64,000 bases of DNA. Origin: Nitrospinales bacterium (GTDB taxonomy: Bacteria; Nitrospinota; Nitrospinia; Nitrospinales; VA-1). The notes beneath the pieces were generated by a model, which worked only from the letters and a program-made list of their open reading frames with translations, ran no database searches and was not told where the DNA came from. Below are positions 37,773-47,931 of the stretch, piece after piece. Both the position numbers and the translations under genes were made by a program. Position 1 is the stretch's first letter; each line of letters starts with the position of its first letter. The stretch covers positions 2,432,001-2,496,000 of the forward strand of contig CBDCXL010000002.1 in NCBI GenBank assembly GCA_965223795.1, in the 5' to 3' direction.

Positions 37773-37874
37773 CTAGGGGTTCATGGCGTTCAGGAACAGG
37801 GCCTGCAGTCCCATGGCGATGGCGACCAGAATGGCCAACGCCAACAGGGCGTTTTTTCCTCTGCGATCGTTCAT
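37773..37874 (-). CDS. 33-aa single-pass membrane micro-protein
   Basis: MNDRRGKNALLALAILVAIAMGLQALFLNAMNP. RBS AGGAG; its stop overlaps the RBS of the next gene. Confidence 0.65.
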   Translation of the reverse strand: MNDRRGKNALLALAILVAIAMGLQALFLNAMNP

Positions 37875-38319
37875 GGGCCGTCTCCTACTTGTTGTGCGGG
37901 TTTCCACCTATTGGGAAGCAACCCCCGTTCCAAACGGTCAACATTCGGGATATCAGGGATTTTAATTTTCGGCCGGTTGGCACAGACCCGTTCGCCTGGT
38001 CACATTTGTGATCACCGCATTGCGTCTTTTCGGATCGGTCGAGCCGGTTTCAAGGCAACCGGCCGGTGGAGGCTGGAAGCGGCGGGTTCTTGCTCGGAAT
38101 TTCACCGTAATTCCCTAATTTTTTAGTGCATTTTTCAGTTTCATCCATTAATTTAGAACTTAGGAGAAAAGTGGTTGCGGAAGAGAAATCAGGCGGTTCG
38201 TTCCTGCCTTTTTCTCACGCAAAGTATATTCGAATCCAATTTCAATCGGAGCTGTTTGCCTTTTTTCGCAGACGGATTGCCGGTTTCCCCCTCATTCTTG
38301 AACTTCGTGGTGATCTGAA

Positions 38320-40812
38320 ATGAACAAACCCGAGCTGCCGCACGTGGACGACCCGACCAACGGAAAAAACGCCGAGGCCCTGAAACGGTCCTTCAACACC
38401 CACCTCAAATACACGCTGGCCAAAAACAAGAACCGGGCCACCAAACTCGACCTTTTCAAGAGCCTGGCTCTGGTGGTGCGGGACCATCTGGTGGAGAAAT
38501 GGATCGACACCAAGAACCGGCAGTACGGTGAAGACGCGAGGCGGGTGAATTACCTGTCGATGGAATACCTGGTCGGACGGGTGCTGCGTCAGAACATGGC
38601 CAACCTCGGCCTGATGGATGAATTGCGTAAGGCCGTCGCCGAGCTGGGCTACGATTTTGAGGAGCTGGAAGCGATGGAGGTGGAAGCGGGGCTTGGCAAC
38701 GGCGGCCTGGGACGGCTGGCTTCCTGCTTTCTGGAGTCGATGGCGACGCTCGATATTCCGGCGAACGGCTACGGCATGCGTTACGAGTTCGGCATCTTCC
38801 ACCAGCGATTCGCCAACGGCTACCAGGTGGAGGAGGCGGACAACTGGCTCAGGCTCGGCAACCCCTGGGAGATCCCGCGGCCCGAGCACGTGTATCCGAT
38901 CAAATTCTACGGCCGGGTGCAGCACGTCACGCTGGCGGACGGGACCGAGACCTACGAGTGGGTGGACACGCACGACAACGTGATGGCGATGGCGCACGAC
39001 ATCCTCATTCCGGGATATCAGAACGACACGGTGAACAGCCTCCGGCTGTGGGGCGCCCGCTCGATGAACGATTTCGATTTTCAGCATTTCAACGAGGGGG
39101 ATTACATCCAGGCGGTGAGCGAAAAGCAGGACACCGAAACGATCTCCAAGGTGCTGTACCCCAACGACAAGTCGATCCAGGGACGCGAGCTGCGTCTCAA
39201 GCAGGAATATTTTTTCGTTTCCGCTTCGTTGCAGGACATCCTCGCGCGCTACAAACGCAGGCATTCCACGTTCGATGCGTTCAGCGACAAGGTCGCGGTG
39301 CAGCTCAACGACACGCATCCCTCGCTCGCCATACCGGAGTTGATGCGCATCTTCGTGGACGAGGAACGCATGACCTGGGACAAAGCCTGGGAGATCACCT
39401 GCCGGACGATGGGCTACACCAACCACACGGTGCTGCCCGAGGCGCTGGAAAAATGGTCGGTCGATCTCATCGGCCACGTCCTGCCGCGGCACCTGCAGAT
39501 CATCTACGAGATCAACCACCGCTTCATGCAGCAGGTGGCCGACCGGTTCCCGAACGATCCCGAACGGCTGGCGCGCATGTCGATCATCGAGGAAGGGCCG
39601 ACGAAGTTCGTGCGCATGCCGCAGCTTTCGATCGTCGGCAGCCGCGCGGTCAACGGCGTTGCGGCGCTGCACACGGAGATTCTGAAAACCAGCCTGTTCA
39701 AGGATTTTGAGGAGATGTATCCCGGCCGCATCCACAACATGACCAACGGCATCACGCCGCGGATCTGGCTCAAGGAATGCAACCCCGAATTGTCCCAGCT
39801 CATCACCGACACGATCGGCCCTGGCTGGGTGCGCGACCTCTCGCGGCTCAAGCAGCTTCTGCCCTATGCCAAGGATCTGGCGTTCTGCGAACGCTGGGAT
39901 CAGGTCAAGGAGAACAACAAGAAACATCTCGCCGCCTACATCGAAAAAACGCAGGGCATCCGCGTCAATCCGGATTCGATGTTCGACGTGCACATCAAGC
40001 GCATCCACGAATACAAGCGGCAGCTCTTGAACATCCTGCACGTCGTCACGCTGTACACGCGCATCAAGAAGAACCCGGCGGGCGACCACCTGCCGCGCAC
40101 GGTGATCTTCTCGGGTAAGGCCGCTCCCGGTTACGCGATGGCCAAGCTCATCATCAAGCTGATCAACAGCGTTGCGAAAACCGTCAACGCCGACGCGGAG
40201 GTGGGCGACCGGCTCAAGGTGGTGTTTCTGCCCAACTACTCGGTGTCGCTGGCGGAAAAAATCATTCCCGCGGCGAACCTGTCGCAGCAGACCTCCACCG
40301 CCGGCATGGAGGCTTCCGGCACGGGCAACATGAAGCTTGCGCTCAACGGTGCGCTGACGATCGGCACACTGGACGGCGCCAACATCGAGATCCTCGAGGA
40401 AGTGGGCGAGGACAACATCTTCATCTTCGGGCTCAAGGCCGGCGAGGTGGGCGCCATGCAGGCGAACGGCTACCGGCCCAGGGATCTCTACCTGAAGTAC
40501 CCGGAACTCAAGCAGGCCCTCGACATGATCCAGGAAGGGTTTTTCACGCCCGAGGAACCGCAGGTGTTCCGCCCGCTCATCGAATCGCTGCTCGATCACG
40601 GCGACCGCTTCATGGTGCTGGCGGATTTTCATTCCTACAGCCAGACGCAGCAGAGGATCGAAGAGGAATACCGCGATCCTTCCCTGTGGACGGAAAAATC
40701 CATCATCAACGCCGCCAACATGGGGAAATTCTCCAGCGACCGCACCATCAGCGATTACGCGCGCGATATCTGGAAGGTGCCGGTCAGGCAGCCCGAGACG
40801 TCAGATCCATAG
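38320..40812 (+). CDS. glgP: Glycogen/alpha-glucan phosphorylase
   Basis: 'GLGNGGLGRLASCFL', 'QLNDTHP', 'YTNHTVLPEALE', 'KRIHEYKRQ', PLP site 'EASGTGNMK'. Confidence 0.97.
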   Translation: MNKPELPHVDDPTNGKNAEALKRSFNTHLKYTLAKNKNRATKLDLFKSLALVVRDHLVEKWIDTKNRQYGEDARRVNYLSMEYLVGRVLRQNMANLGLMDELRKAVAELGYDFEELEAMEVEAGLGNGGLGRLASCFLESMATLDIPANGYGMRYEFGIFHQRFANGYQVEEADNWLRLGNPWEIPRPEHVYPIKFYGRVQHVTLADGTETYEWVDTHDNVMAMAHDILIPGYQNDTVNSLRLWGARSMNDFDFQHFNEGDYIQAVSEKQDTETISKVLYPNDKSIQGRELRLKQEYFFVSASLQDILARYKRRHSTFDAFSDKVAVQLNDTHPSLAIPELMRIFVDEERMTWDKAWEITCRTMGYTNHTVLPEALEKWSVDLIGHVLPRHLQIIYEINHRFMQQVADRFPNDPERLARMSIIEEGPTKFVRMPQLSIVGSRAVNGVAALHTEILKTSLFKDFEEMYPGRIHNMTNGITPRIWLKECNPELSQLITDTIGPGWVRDLSRLKQLLPYAKDLAFCERWDQVKENNKKHLAAYIEKTQGIRVNPDSMFDVHIKRIHEYKRQLLNILHVVTLYTRIKKNPAGDHLPRTVIFSGKAAPGYAMAKLIIKLINSVAKTVNADAEVGDRLKVVFLPNYSVSLAEKIIPAANLSQQTSTAGMEASGTGNMKLALNGALTIGTLDGANIEILEEVGEDNIFIFGLKAGEVGAMQANGYRPRDLYLKYPELKQALDMIQEGFFTPEEPQVFRPLIESLLDHGDRFMVLADFHSYSQTQQRIEEEYRDPSLWTEKSIINAANMGKFSSDRTISDYARDIWKVPVRQPETSDP

Positions 40813-40920
40813 CCCACCCCGTGCGCAGGCGCTGCGCGCGCCGGATGGGCCCGCGATCTCTCCTTTGAGGATGCCCATCGCGAAACCGCCGGTGATCCCG
40901 TTCGCGATCCCCTTCCGCTC

Positions 40921-40952
40921 CTCCCGCGCGGAGGGCGCGTTTGCTCACGCCG
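40921..40952. repeat. Dispersed 32-bp REP-like repeat copy
   Basis: ctcccgcgcggagggcgcgtttgctcacgccg. Confidence 0.7.
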
Positions 40953-41228
40953 CGCACCGGTCCCTGATATCAATCCGAACGTTTTCGTTCCGTCCGCAGT
41001 CTTTTCGCAGGGCGGATTTTTTTGAATAGCGGATCTGTGAGCCTGGAGTGCTGCCGGGATGCGCTGGCAGCGAACCCGCAATGCCCGCTCCCCAGCGTGG
41101 TCATCGGATGTTACAATGTGCGATCGAGGTTTGCGAGACTGCGTGATGCCTGCGTGCCCGTGCGGGTCCGTATTTTCGGAAGGCGTGAATCTGAGTCATG
41201 CGATTGAACTAGAGTGTTTGAGGTTGCG

Positions 41229-41738
41229 ATGATCGAATGCCCGTGCGGGTCCGTATTTCCCTACACCGACTGCTGCGCGCCGCTGATCCGCGGCGTGAGC
41301 CACGCCGACACGGCGGAGGACCTGATGCGTTCGCGCTACACGGCGTTCACGCAGCAGAACTGGCTGTACCTGCGCGACTCCTGCCACCCGGACGACCGGC
41401 CGGAGCTTGCGGAGCTGGAATCGGGAGGCGGCCTCAAATGGCAGCGCCTGGAGATTCTGGAGAGCAAGGGCGGCGGCCGCGGCGATCAGGAAGGCACGGT
41501 GCGGTTTCAGGCGTTCTTCAAAAAGGACGGCGAGGAGAAGGTCCTGCGCGAGGCCTCGAAGTTCATCCGGGAAGGCGGCCGGTGGTATTATTCTCCCAAA
41601 GACTCGCATGCCGAGCCCCAGCGCACCGAGGCGGCGCCGTCCGGCAAACCCTTCGTGCGGGAGAAAGCCAAGGTGGGGCGCAACGATCCGTGTCCCTGCG
41701 GCAGCGGCAAGAAATTCAAGAAATGCTGCGGCAAATGA
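41229..41738 (+). CDS. ychJ: YchJ family SEC-C motif protein
   Basis: 'CPCGS...Y..CC.P', '[13 protein letters not shown]', 'GTVRFQA', C-terminal '[18 protein letters not shown]'. Confidence 0.93.
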   Translation: MIECPCGSVFPYTDCCAPLIRGVSHADTAEDLMRSRYTAFTQQNWLYLRDSCHPDDRPELAELESGGGLKWQRLEILESKGGGRGDQEGTVRFQAFFKKDGEEKVLREASKFIREGGRWYYSPKDSHAEPQRTEAAPSGKPFVREKAKVGRNDPCPCGSGKKFKKCCGK

Positions 41739-41756
41739 AAATTCTGTTTGCGTGAA

Positions 41757-41933
41757 ATGATGAAAGACGAGAAAAAGAAACCCGGTCCGCCGCCGGAAGA
41801 GGGCGGCAAACCCGGCGACAGCGAAGAGAAGGACGGCAAATCCCCGCCGGATGAAAAGGACTCGCGTCTGGCGCCGCGTTCCGGTCAGCGGCCGGCGCTG
41901 CCGTTCAAGCGCAAGCCGCCGTCGGTGAAATGA
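41757..41933 (+). CDS. Small Pro/Lys-rich hypothetical protein
   Basis: Low-complexity ORF with coding-like codon usage, directly downstream of ychJ. Confidence 0.45.
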   Translation: MMKDEKKKPGPPPEEGGKPGDSEEKDGKSPPDEKDSRLAPRSGQRPALPFKRKPPSVK

Positions 41934-41942
41934 ATCCGTGCG

Positions 41943-42566
41943 TCACGGTGCGTTGAGCAGGGCGACGATGGCCGCTTCGGTTTCCTTGTAGCGGCCTTCG
42001 CCGAAATGGGTGAAGCGCACCACGCCGTCTTTGTCGATCAGGTACTTCGCCGGCCAGTAACGGTTGCGGTAGGCCCGCCACAGTTTGAAGCCGTTGTCCA
42101 TCGCGATCGGGTACTGCAGTTCGTAATCCTTCACCGCCTTGACGACGTTTTTGGGAATGCGCTCGAACTTGAACTCGGGCGCGTGCACGCCGATGACCAC
42201 CAGCCCCTTGTCGGCGTATTTTTTATGCCATTTTTTCACGTAGGGCAGGGTGTTGATGCAGTTGATGCAGGAATAGGTCCAGAAGTCGATCAGCACGACC
42301 TTGCCGCGCAGTTTCTGCATGGACTCGATGGGTTGGGTGTTCAGCCAGTTGGTGAGCCCGCGGAACTCGGGCGCTTCGTACAGGGTGGGCAGCTTCGCCT
42401 CGCCCGAAACGTTTGCCGGCGTCACGGAAAACACCACCGCCAGAATCACCGCCGCCAGCAGGCCGCATTGCAGGACAGGGGTCTTCTCCTGCAATGTTGA
42501 CAGCAGACCGTTTTGTTTCCCGATCGGTTTGACGGCGCGTTGCGTTCGATTCCCGGGGCTGTGCAT
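41943..42566 (-). CDS. Exported thioredoxin-like protein (DipZ/redoxin family)
   Basis: 'LRGKVVLIDFWTYSCINC', 'IGVHAPEF', 'NRYWPA.YLID', 'HFGEG.Y'. Confidence 0.92.
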   Translation of the reverse strand: MHSPGNRTQRAVKPIGKQNGLLSTLQEKTPVLQCGLLAAVILAVVFSVTPANVSGEAKLPTLYEAPEFRGLTNWLNTQPIESMQKLRGKVVLIDFWTYSCINCINTLPYVKKWHKKYADKGLVVIGVHAPEFKFERIPKNVVKAVKDYELQYPIAMDNGFKLWRAYRNRYWPAKYLIDKDGVVRFTHFGEGRYKETEAAIVALLNAP

Positions 42567-42649
42567 GCGTTCCTCCTCTTAGGGTGACGGCGGAAAATTG
42601 TCGATCGTTGCGGTTGGTGTCTGGATTCGGCCGCGAACCTTACATCCTC

Positions 42650-42789
42650 CTCCTGCGCGGAGGGCGAATTTGCTCACGCCGTGCGGCGTTTTCCGGCCTG
42701 AGCCACAGATTTTCCGCCGCATTGTCTCCTGCGCGGAGGGTGGGTTTGCTCACGCCGCTCCTCGCCGGAGTGGCGGTTTGCTCACGCCG
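42650..42789. repeat. Cluster of three copies of the 32-bp REP-like repeat
   Basis: Copies at 42650-42681, 42726-42757 and 42758-42789; consensus CTCC-N5-GGAG-N6-TTTGCTCACGCCG. Confidence 0.75.
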
Positions 42790-42964
42790 GGCGGTGTTTT
42801 CTGATTGGCTCAAAATATTTTTGCCGCTTCGGCTTCTGCGTGGAGAGCCGGTCCTCCCGACACCGAAATTTAAATAAATTAATTGTAATTTTCTGATTGT
42901 ATCGCATCGTTGCGGCGGGACAAGGGGTGCGCGTAAAAATTTTTTGTGAGCTTGGTCGGGTTTC

Positions 42965-43897
42965 ATGAAAACGCAAATAAAATCGGCGTATCTTGCAAGC
43001 GAGGGGTTTGAGGCGGCGCTGGTCCAGGAGCTTTCCGGCGGGGTGACGGTGCACGGGCGGCTGGTGCTCTCGGACCGCGCGGCGCAGCCGGTCTGCTGGG
43101 CGCAGAATGTGTGGCTGAATCCGGAAACGATCGCCATCGACTCGATCTCCGACGCGGCGAAAAAGCTGAAGGCGCGGCAGCGCAACTGGTGCCTGTATTC
43201 GTATCAACTGCACCGGCGCGCGGCGCTGATCGAAGAAAAACTGCCGCACGTTTCGGGAAAGGCGCTGCATTTTCCCGCGCCGCTGCCCGCCTCGCCGCTC
43301 GGGTCCTGGACGCTGCTGGACGCGGACACGCTGCTGGCGGCGGGCGAGTGCTCCAGCCTGTTTCCCAACGGCGCGCTGCGTTTTGCCGAGGACAAGGATG
43401 GGCCGCCCAATCGGGCGTATCTAAAACTGTGGGAAGCGTGGACGCTGCTTCAGCGCCATCCGGAGCCGGGCGCTTTCTGCATCGACGCGGGCGCGAGCCC
43501 CGGCGGCTGGACCTGGGCCGCGGCGAAGCTGGGCGCGAACGTGCTGAGCGTGGACCGCGCGCCGCTGGATGCATCGCTATCCGGTCTCGACAACGTGACG
43601 TTTCGCAAGGGGGACGCGTTTGCGCTCAAGCCTGAGGATTTTTCCGGCCGGAACGTGGACTGGCTGTTGTGCGATGTGGTGTGCTACCCGGACAAGCTGT
43701 GGCAGTGGCTTGAGGCCTGGATCGCATCGGGGCTGTGCCGCAGCGTCGTGTGCACGATCAAGTTTCAGGGCGAAGGCGAATACGGGATCGTTGAGCGGTT
43801 TCAAAGTGTGCCGGGCAGCCGGGTGGTGCATCTTTTTCACAACCGGCACGAACTGACGTTTCTGCTGCAGGAAGAGGGAATCACCCGTCCAGGGTGA
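42965..43897 (+). CDS. FtsJ/RlmM-like SAM-dependent RNA methyltransferase
   Basis: 'PPNRAYLKLWEA', 'IDAGASPGGWT', 'VDRAPL', 'WLLCDV'. Confidence 0.85.
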   Translation: MKTQIKSAYLASEGFEAALVQELSGGVTVHGRLVLSDRAAQPVCWAQNVWLNPETIAIDSISDAAKKLKARQRNWCLYSYQLHRRAALIEEKLPHVSGKALHFPAPLPASPLGSWTLLDADTLLAAGECSSLFPNGALRFAEDKDGPPNRAYLKLWEAWTLLQRHPEPGAFCIDAGASPGGWTWAAAKLGANVLSVDRAPLDASLSGLDNVTFRKGDAFALKPEDFSGRNVDWLLCDVVCYPDKLWQWLEAWIASGLCRSVVCTIKFQGEGEYGIVERFQSVPGSRVVHLFHNRHELTFLLQEEGITRPG

Positions 43898-45155
43898 GGT
43901 CGGTCTTGGGCACGGAGATGCAGGTCAGGCAGGAGCGCGCTTCCGGCTTGCTGCCCGGTTCGACGACGTAGCTCACCAGGCCGCGCTTGATCGCGGTGAG
44001 GCAGGTGCCGCAGTTGCCGGCGCGGCAGCCGGACTCGAGCTGGATGCCGTTCTCCTCGGCGAAGGCGAGGATGGAGCCGGCGGCGGGGTTCCACTGCAGG
44101 GTTTTCTGGGAGCGGGCGAAGGTGACCTTGAGCGACGATTCGGTCGCGGGGTCGCCAGCTGTCAGTTTCTTGATGGTGACGGAGTTGAACGCTTCGTAGT
44201 GAATGTTTTTCTCGGACACCCCCCACTGCTCCAGATCCTGGCGCAGGGTCTCGATCATTTTCGGCGGCGCGCAGATGTAAAAGTCGAAATTGTTCGAGGG
44301 CAGCACCTCTTTCAACAGGCTGCCGGAAATATGGCCTTCGTGATGGTAATCCTTCCCTTTCGCATCCTCGGCGCGCGGCCGGCTGTAACAGACGTTCAAT
44401 TTTACATTGGGGTGGTTGCGGGCCACGTTTTCCAGGTGCTCTTTCATCATGTGCTCGGAACGGTTGCGCACTCCGAGAAAAAACCAGGTCTCTCTTTTGG
44501 ACACGGCGCCGCGGGCGTCTTTTTCCGTGATGGTGTTGAGCATGCTGAGCACCGGCGTGATGCCGACGCCGCCGCCGATGAGCACCACGGGACTGGTGCT
44601 GGCCATGTCGAGGTAGAAATGACCGCTGGGTGCCTTGACGTCGACGATGTCGCGTTCGTTGAGCATGTCGTGAAAGAAATTGGAGCCGAGCCCCGGCGGC
44701 GCGCTGTTGTTTTCGGGCGGCAGCAGGCGCTTGATGGTGACGCGGTAGTAATCCGGGTGGTTGGGGCTGTCCGACAGGGAATAGCAGCGGATCACCGGCT
44801 TCGGGTTGCCGGGAATGTTGAGTTTGAAGGTCAGGTACTGGCCGGGCTGAAACGGCGGCAGCGGTTTGCCGTCGTGCGGCGACAGGTAGAACGAGGAAAC
44901 CTGATCGGTTTCCTTGACCTTGAGCACGATCTGGAATTTGCGGAATCCGTTCCAGATCACGTTTTCGCTGCGCGAGTCCATGCGGATCCTGTCGACGATC
45001 TGGTCCACACGGGCGCGCAGCAGATCCGCTTCCAGTTCGCTGCTCCGCCGGGAAATTTTAAAGAAACGGAAATTGTTGCTGATCAGCTGGATGAGGTAGG
45101 CCATGAGGGCCAGAAGAAACGCGATAGCCGCAAGACTGATTGCAGCGTTGAGCAA
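43881..45155 (-). CDS. Membrane-anchored FAD/NAD(P)-binding oxidoreductase with a C-terminal [2Fe-2S] domain
   Basis: N-terminal TM; 'F.PGQYL', 'RCYSLS', 'GGGVGITP', 'CRAGNCGTC...C'. TTG start after GGAGG. Confidence 0.92.
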   Translation of the reverse strand: MLNAAISLAAIAFLLALMAYLIQLISNNFRFFKISRRSSELEADLLRARVDQIVDRIRMDSRSENVIWNGFRKFQIVLKVKETDQVSSFYLSPHDGKPLPPFQPGQYLTFKLNIPGNPKPVIRCYSLSDSPNHPDYYRVTIKRLLPPENNSAPPGLGSNFFHDMLNERDIVDVKAPSGHFYLDMASTSPVVLIGGGVGITPVLSMLNTITEKDARGAVSKRETWFFLGVRNRSEHMMKEHLENVARNHPNVKLNVCYSRPRAEDAKGKDYHHEGHISGSLLKEVLPSNNFDFYICAPPKMIETLRQDLEQWGVSEKNIHYEAFNSVTIKKLTAGDPATESSLKVTFARSQKTLQWNPAAGSILAFAEENGIQLESGCRAGNCGTCLTAIKRGLVSYVVEPGSKPEARSCLTCISVPKTDLTLDG

Positions 45156-45234
45156 GGAGCCTCCTTAGAGAGTGTCGGACGCAATGTCACTATATTATAA
45201 ACAAGGGCGTCGGAGATTCAGAACGAAAAAGTGA

Positions 45235-47123
45235 CTACGGGTCGTTGCGGGCCAGCAGCATTTCTTTTTTGAAGCCCGGTTTGTGGTGGTAAACGTGACA
45301 CAGCTGACAGTCTTCTCTCACTTTTCCTTCCGAATGACATTCGAGGCAGGTTTTGCGTGTGATGGCGGAGAAGTTGCTTTTGAACACGGCCGGGTCGAAC
45401 GAATCGAACGCGCCGAGGAAATCGGCCTTGGGATCGAGGACGTGGCAGTTCTTGCAGGTGTCGCCTTTGCCGAGCAGGTCGAGGTGGTTTTTATGGGAAT
45501 ATTTCAGGTAGGCGCGGTTGCGCGCGCCCTTGTAGCCCCAGTCGATGGTGAGCTGGCCGGGGTTTTCCGCGTCCGGTATGGCGGAAACCGCATGGCACTT
45601 GATGCAGCCGCCCACGCCTTCCTTTGAAGAGAGCATCAGGTCGCGCATCGCCTCGGCGCGTTCGCGCTTGTCGGGATCGGTCTCGGTGGCGGCGACGGTG
45701 AGCGCGAACTCGATCCAGCTTTGCGCCACCGGGTCCTCATGGCCGGAGGGGGTGTAGCGCACTTCCAGAAGGTCCGCGTGCCAGCCGCCGAAACTGGCTT
45801 CCGCGGGGGATCGTATTCGACGTTGAGCCCCCAGGCGCAGGCCGCGCGTTTGAGTACTTCCGGGTTCAATCCCGCGAGCATTTTCTCGGCCACGGGTACG
45901 GGAGAATGCTCGTTGATCAGATCCGCGATCGGCATCGTGCTTTCGACGGCGAGGTTGAGGATGAGGTCCTGCAGGCTTTCGCTGTAGCTTTCCGGATCGT
46001 CCTCGGGCACGTTCAAAAGATAGGCGCTGATCAGGCTCGGCGATTCGGTGGAGATGCTGACGAATTCATCATCCTCTTCCTCAATCTTTTCGCCCCGGGT
46101 CCGCGGTAACCGGCAGGCTTCCTTCAGCTCTTCAACATCGATGCGGTTTCTGTCCAGTTCGGGCAGGCGCATGAGGACCAGCTCCTTGCGCGGAATCTGA
46201 AATTCGTGGCAGGAGGCGCAGACCCCTTCGAATTTGTCCGGGCTGACGATCTGCTCTTCCTGGGTCACTTTGTGGCAGACCATGCAGTCCTTGGGCGAGC
46301 GGTCTTCGAATTTGGGATCGACAAAGTATTTATTCCAGTGCGAGATGTGGTCGAACTTGATCGTGTTCTTGCGGGTGTGCGGGTAGTTCTCCGGAAATTC
46401 CGGGTGCCCTTCGGTGAAGCTTTTGAACTGCTCTTCGTGACAGTGGTTGCACTGGGTGTTGTTGAAGGTGCGGATGGCCAGCCCGGGGCCGCGGTGCTCG
46501 CGGTGGCACATCAGGCAGTCGGTTTTCTGCAGCCGGGGAAACTGTCCGCGGTCGCCGTTGTGGGCGACGAGGGCCGGGCCGCCGAACAGGTGGCAGTCTT
46601 CGCATTTGGCGGAGATGTTGCCGGTGTGCAGCACCGATTTCAGCCACAGCACGGACTTGAGATTGTGGGTGGCGTGGCAGATTTCGCAGCCTTTGTTCTC
46701 GGCGAATTTGACGTGCGCGCTCGACATCGGGCCGGGATTGAAGCTCACGTGCCGGTGCTGCGCCTGGTCCACCACCCAGGAAAGGCAGAGCAAGGACACG
46801 ATGGTGCCGAATGCGAGCAGGATCAGCCGGGCCCGGTAGACGCGCAGCGTGGCTTTGGGGACGCAGGGCGGGTGCCGCTGGGAGCACATCCCCTGGGGCA
46901 GCGGACCGTCGCCGCAGGGCCCGCCCGCCGCCTGGGGGCGGCTGCATTCCCAGTGGTTGCCTTTCAGCGTCGGCGCGCATTCGGCGGTGCCGCCGCAGGC
47001 GCCGTCGATGTCGGGGCCCTGATGGCAGGGTTTGAGCCAGAGCGCACCGCGGCCGCAGCGGTAGGGGAAATTCGGCCGTTCGTACTTGCTGCGGTTGTGC
47101 GCGAATTTTTTCTCATCCATCAT
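45235..47123 (-). CDS. Membrane-anchored decaheme cytochrome c, interrupted by a 1-nt frameshift at about 45805-45809 (sequencing error or pseudogene)
   Basis: Six CxxCH motifs in ORF 45636-47156 and four in ORF 45235-45762. One extra base in the G5 run joins them into '...YDPPAEASFGGWHADLLEVRYTPSGH...'. ATGA overlap with the upstream gene. Confidence 0.85.
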
Positions 47124-47923
47124 AACAGGTAGACGTGCACCACGACCATGTGCCACAGGATCACGGTCATGAGGGCGGTGGCCAGCGGAATGTGGATCAT
47201 CAGCCAGCTTTTCAAAACCGTCTGCAGCGCGTAGTGCAGATCGATCTTGCGCTTAGTATCGGCCAGCGTGAACAGTTTTCTCAGGTAGCCGCGTTCCTGC
47301 ACGTTGAGAAATTTTTCCAGGGTGGAAAACTGCTGCCGCACCCAGAATTCGCCCTTGTGGCCGCCGAACAGGTAGCTGGTGAAAAACCGCGGCCGCTGGA
47401 AAAACCAGTGCAGCGATTCCAGGTAATGGGTCGCCAGGGTGTCGCGCCCGGTCTCGTGGGTGCAGGCGAGCAGTAGGTCCTTGGCCTTTTTACGCAGCTC
47501 GCTGATTTCCGCCGGGATGCGTTCGTAGATGCACTCGAAGCCGCTCTGGGTCAGGCGGCTCGGGTAGATTTTCTGGATCAGGGTGCCGACGATGCCGGAG
47601 AGGGCGGAGGCGTAGAACAAGAACGCCAGGATCTGTTCGTACAATCCGTCGGGCCACAGCGTGCCGATGTGCAGCCAGAAAATGCCGATCGCCAGGAAGC
47701 CGCCCACGGTGTGGATGTTCAGCCAGTTCGAGGACGGCGAGAGCGGTAAAAACGGCAGCCGCTTGCGCAGATGAAACAGGGCCAGCACGATCAGGATGGA
47801 GAACAGGGTCCAGCCGGTGAGCGGCGAGGTGAACTCAAGCTGCTCATCCGCCTGGCTGGTGCGGTAGGTCATGAACACCAGAAATACGCTTGCGAAGATC
47901 CACAGGGCCCAGGATTTCACCAT
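47120..47923 (-). CDS. Integral membrane protein with His pairs (cytochrome b/ferric-reductase-like)
   Basis: Several TM helices; 'WLNIH...FWLH' and 'WLMIH...LWH' His pairs typical of heme b ligation. Confidence 0.75.
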   Translation of the reverse strand: MVKSWALWIFASVFLVFMTYRTSQADEQLEFTSPLTGWTLFSILIVLALFHLRKRLPFLPLSPSSNWLNIHTVGGFLAIGIFWLHIGTLWPDGLYEQILAFLFYASALSGIVGTLIQKIYPSRLTQSGFECIYERIPAEISELRKKAKDLLLACTHETGRDTLATHYLESLHWFFQRPRFFTSYLFGGHKGEFWVRQQFSTLEKFLNVQERGYLRKLFTLADTKRKIDLHYALQTVLKSWLMIHIPLATALMTVILWHMVVVHVYLL

Positions 47924-47931
47924 CGAATGTC

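Noticed and set aside
38242..40632. 796-aa minus-strand ORF
   Set aside because: Antisense shadow of glgP.
42650..42789. Possible mini-CRISPR array
   Set aside because: The repeats are degenerate, spacing is 44 and 0 nt, isolated copies occur elsewhere and no cas genes are present. Reported as REP-like instead.
45235..45762. Independent tetraheme cytochrome gene
   Set aside because: It has no signal peptide or clear RBS and joins the upstream ORF with a single-base correction.
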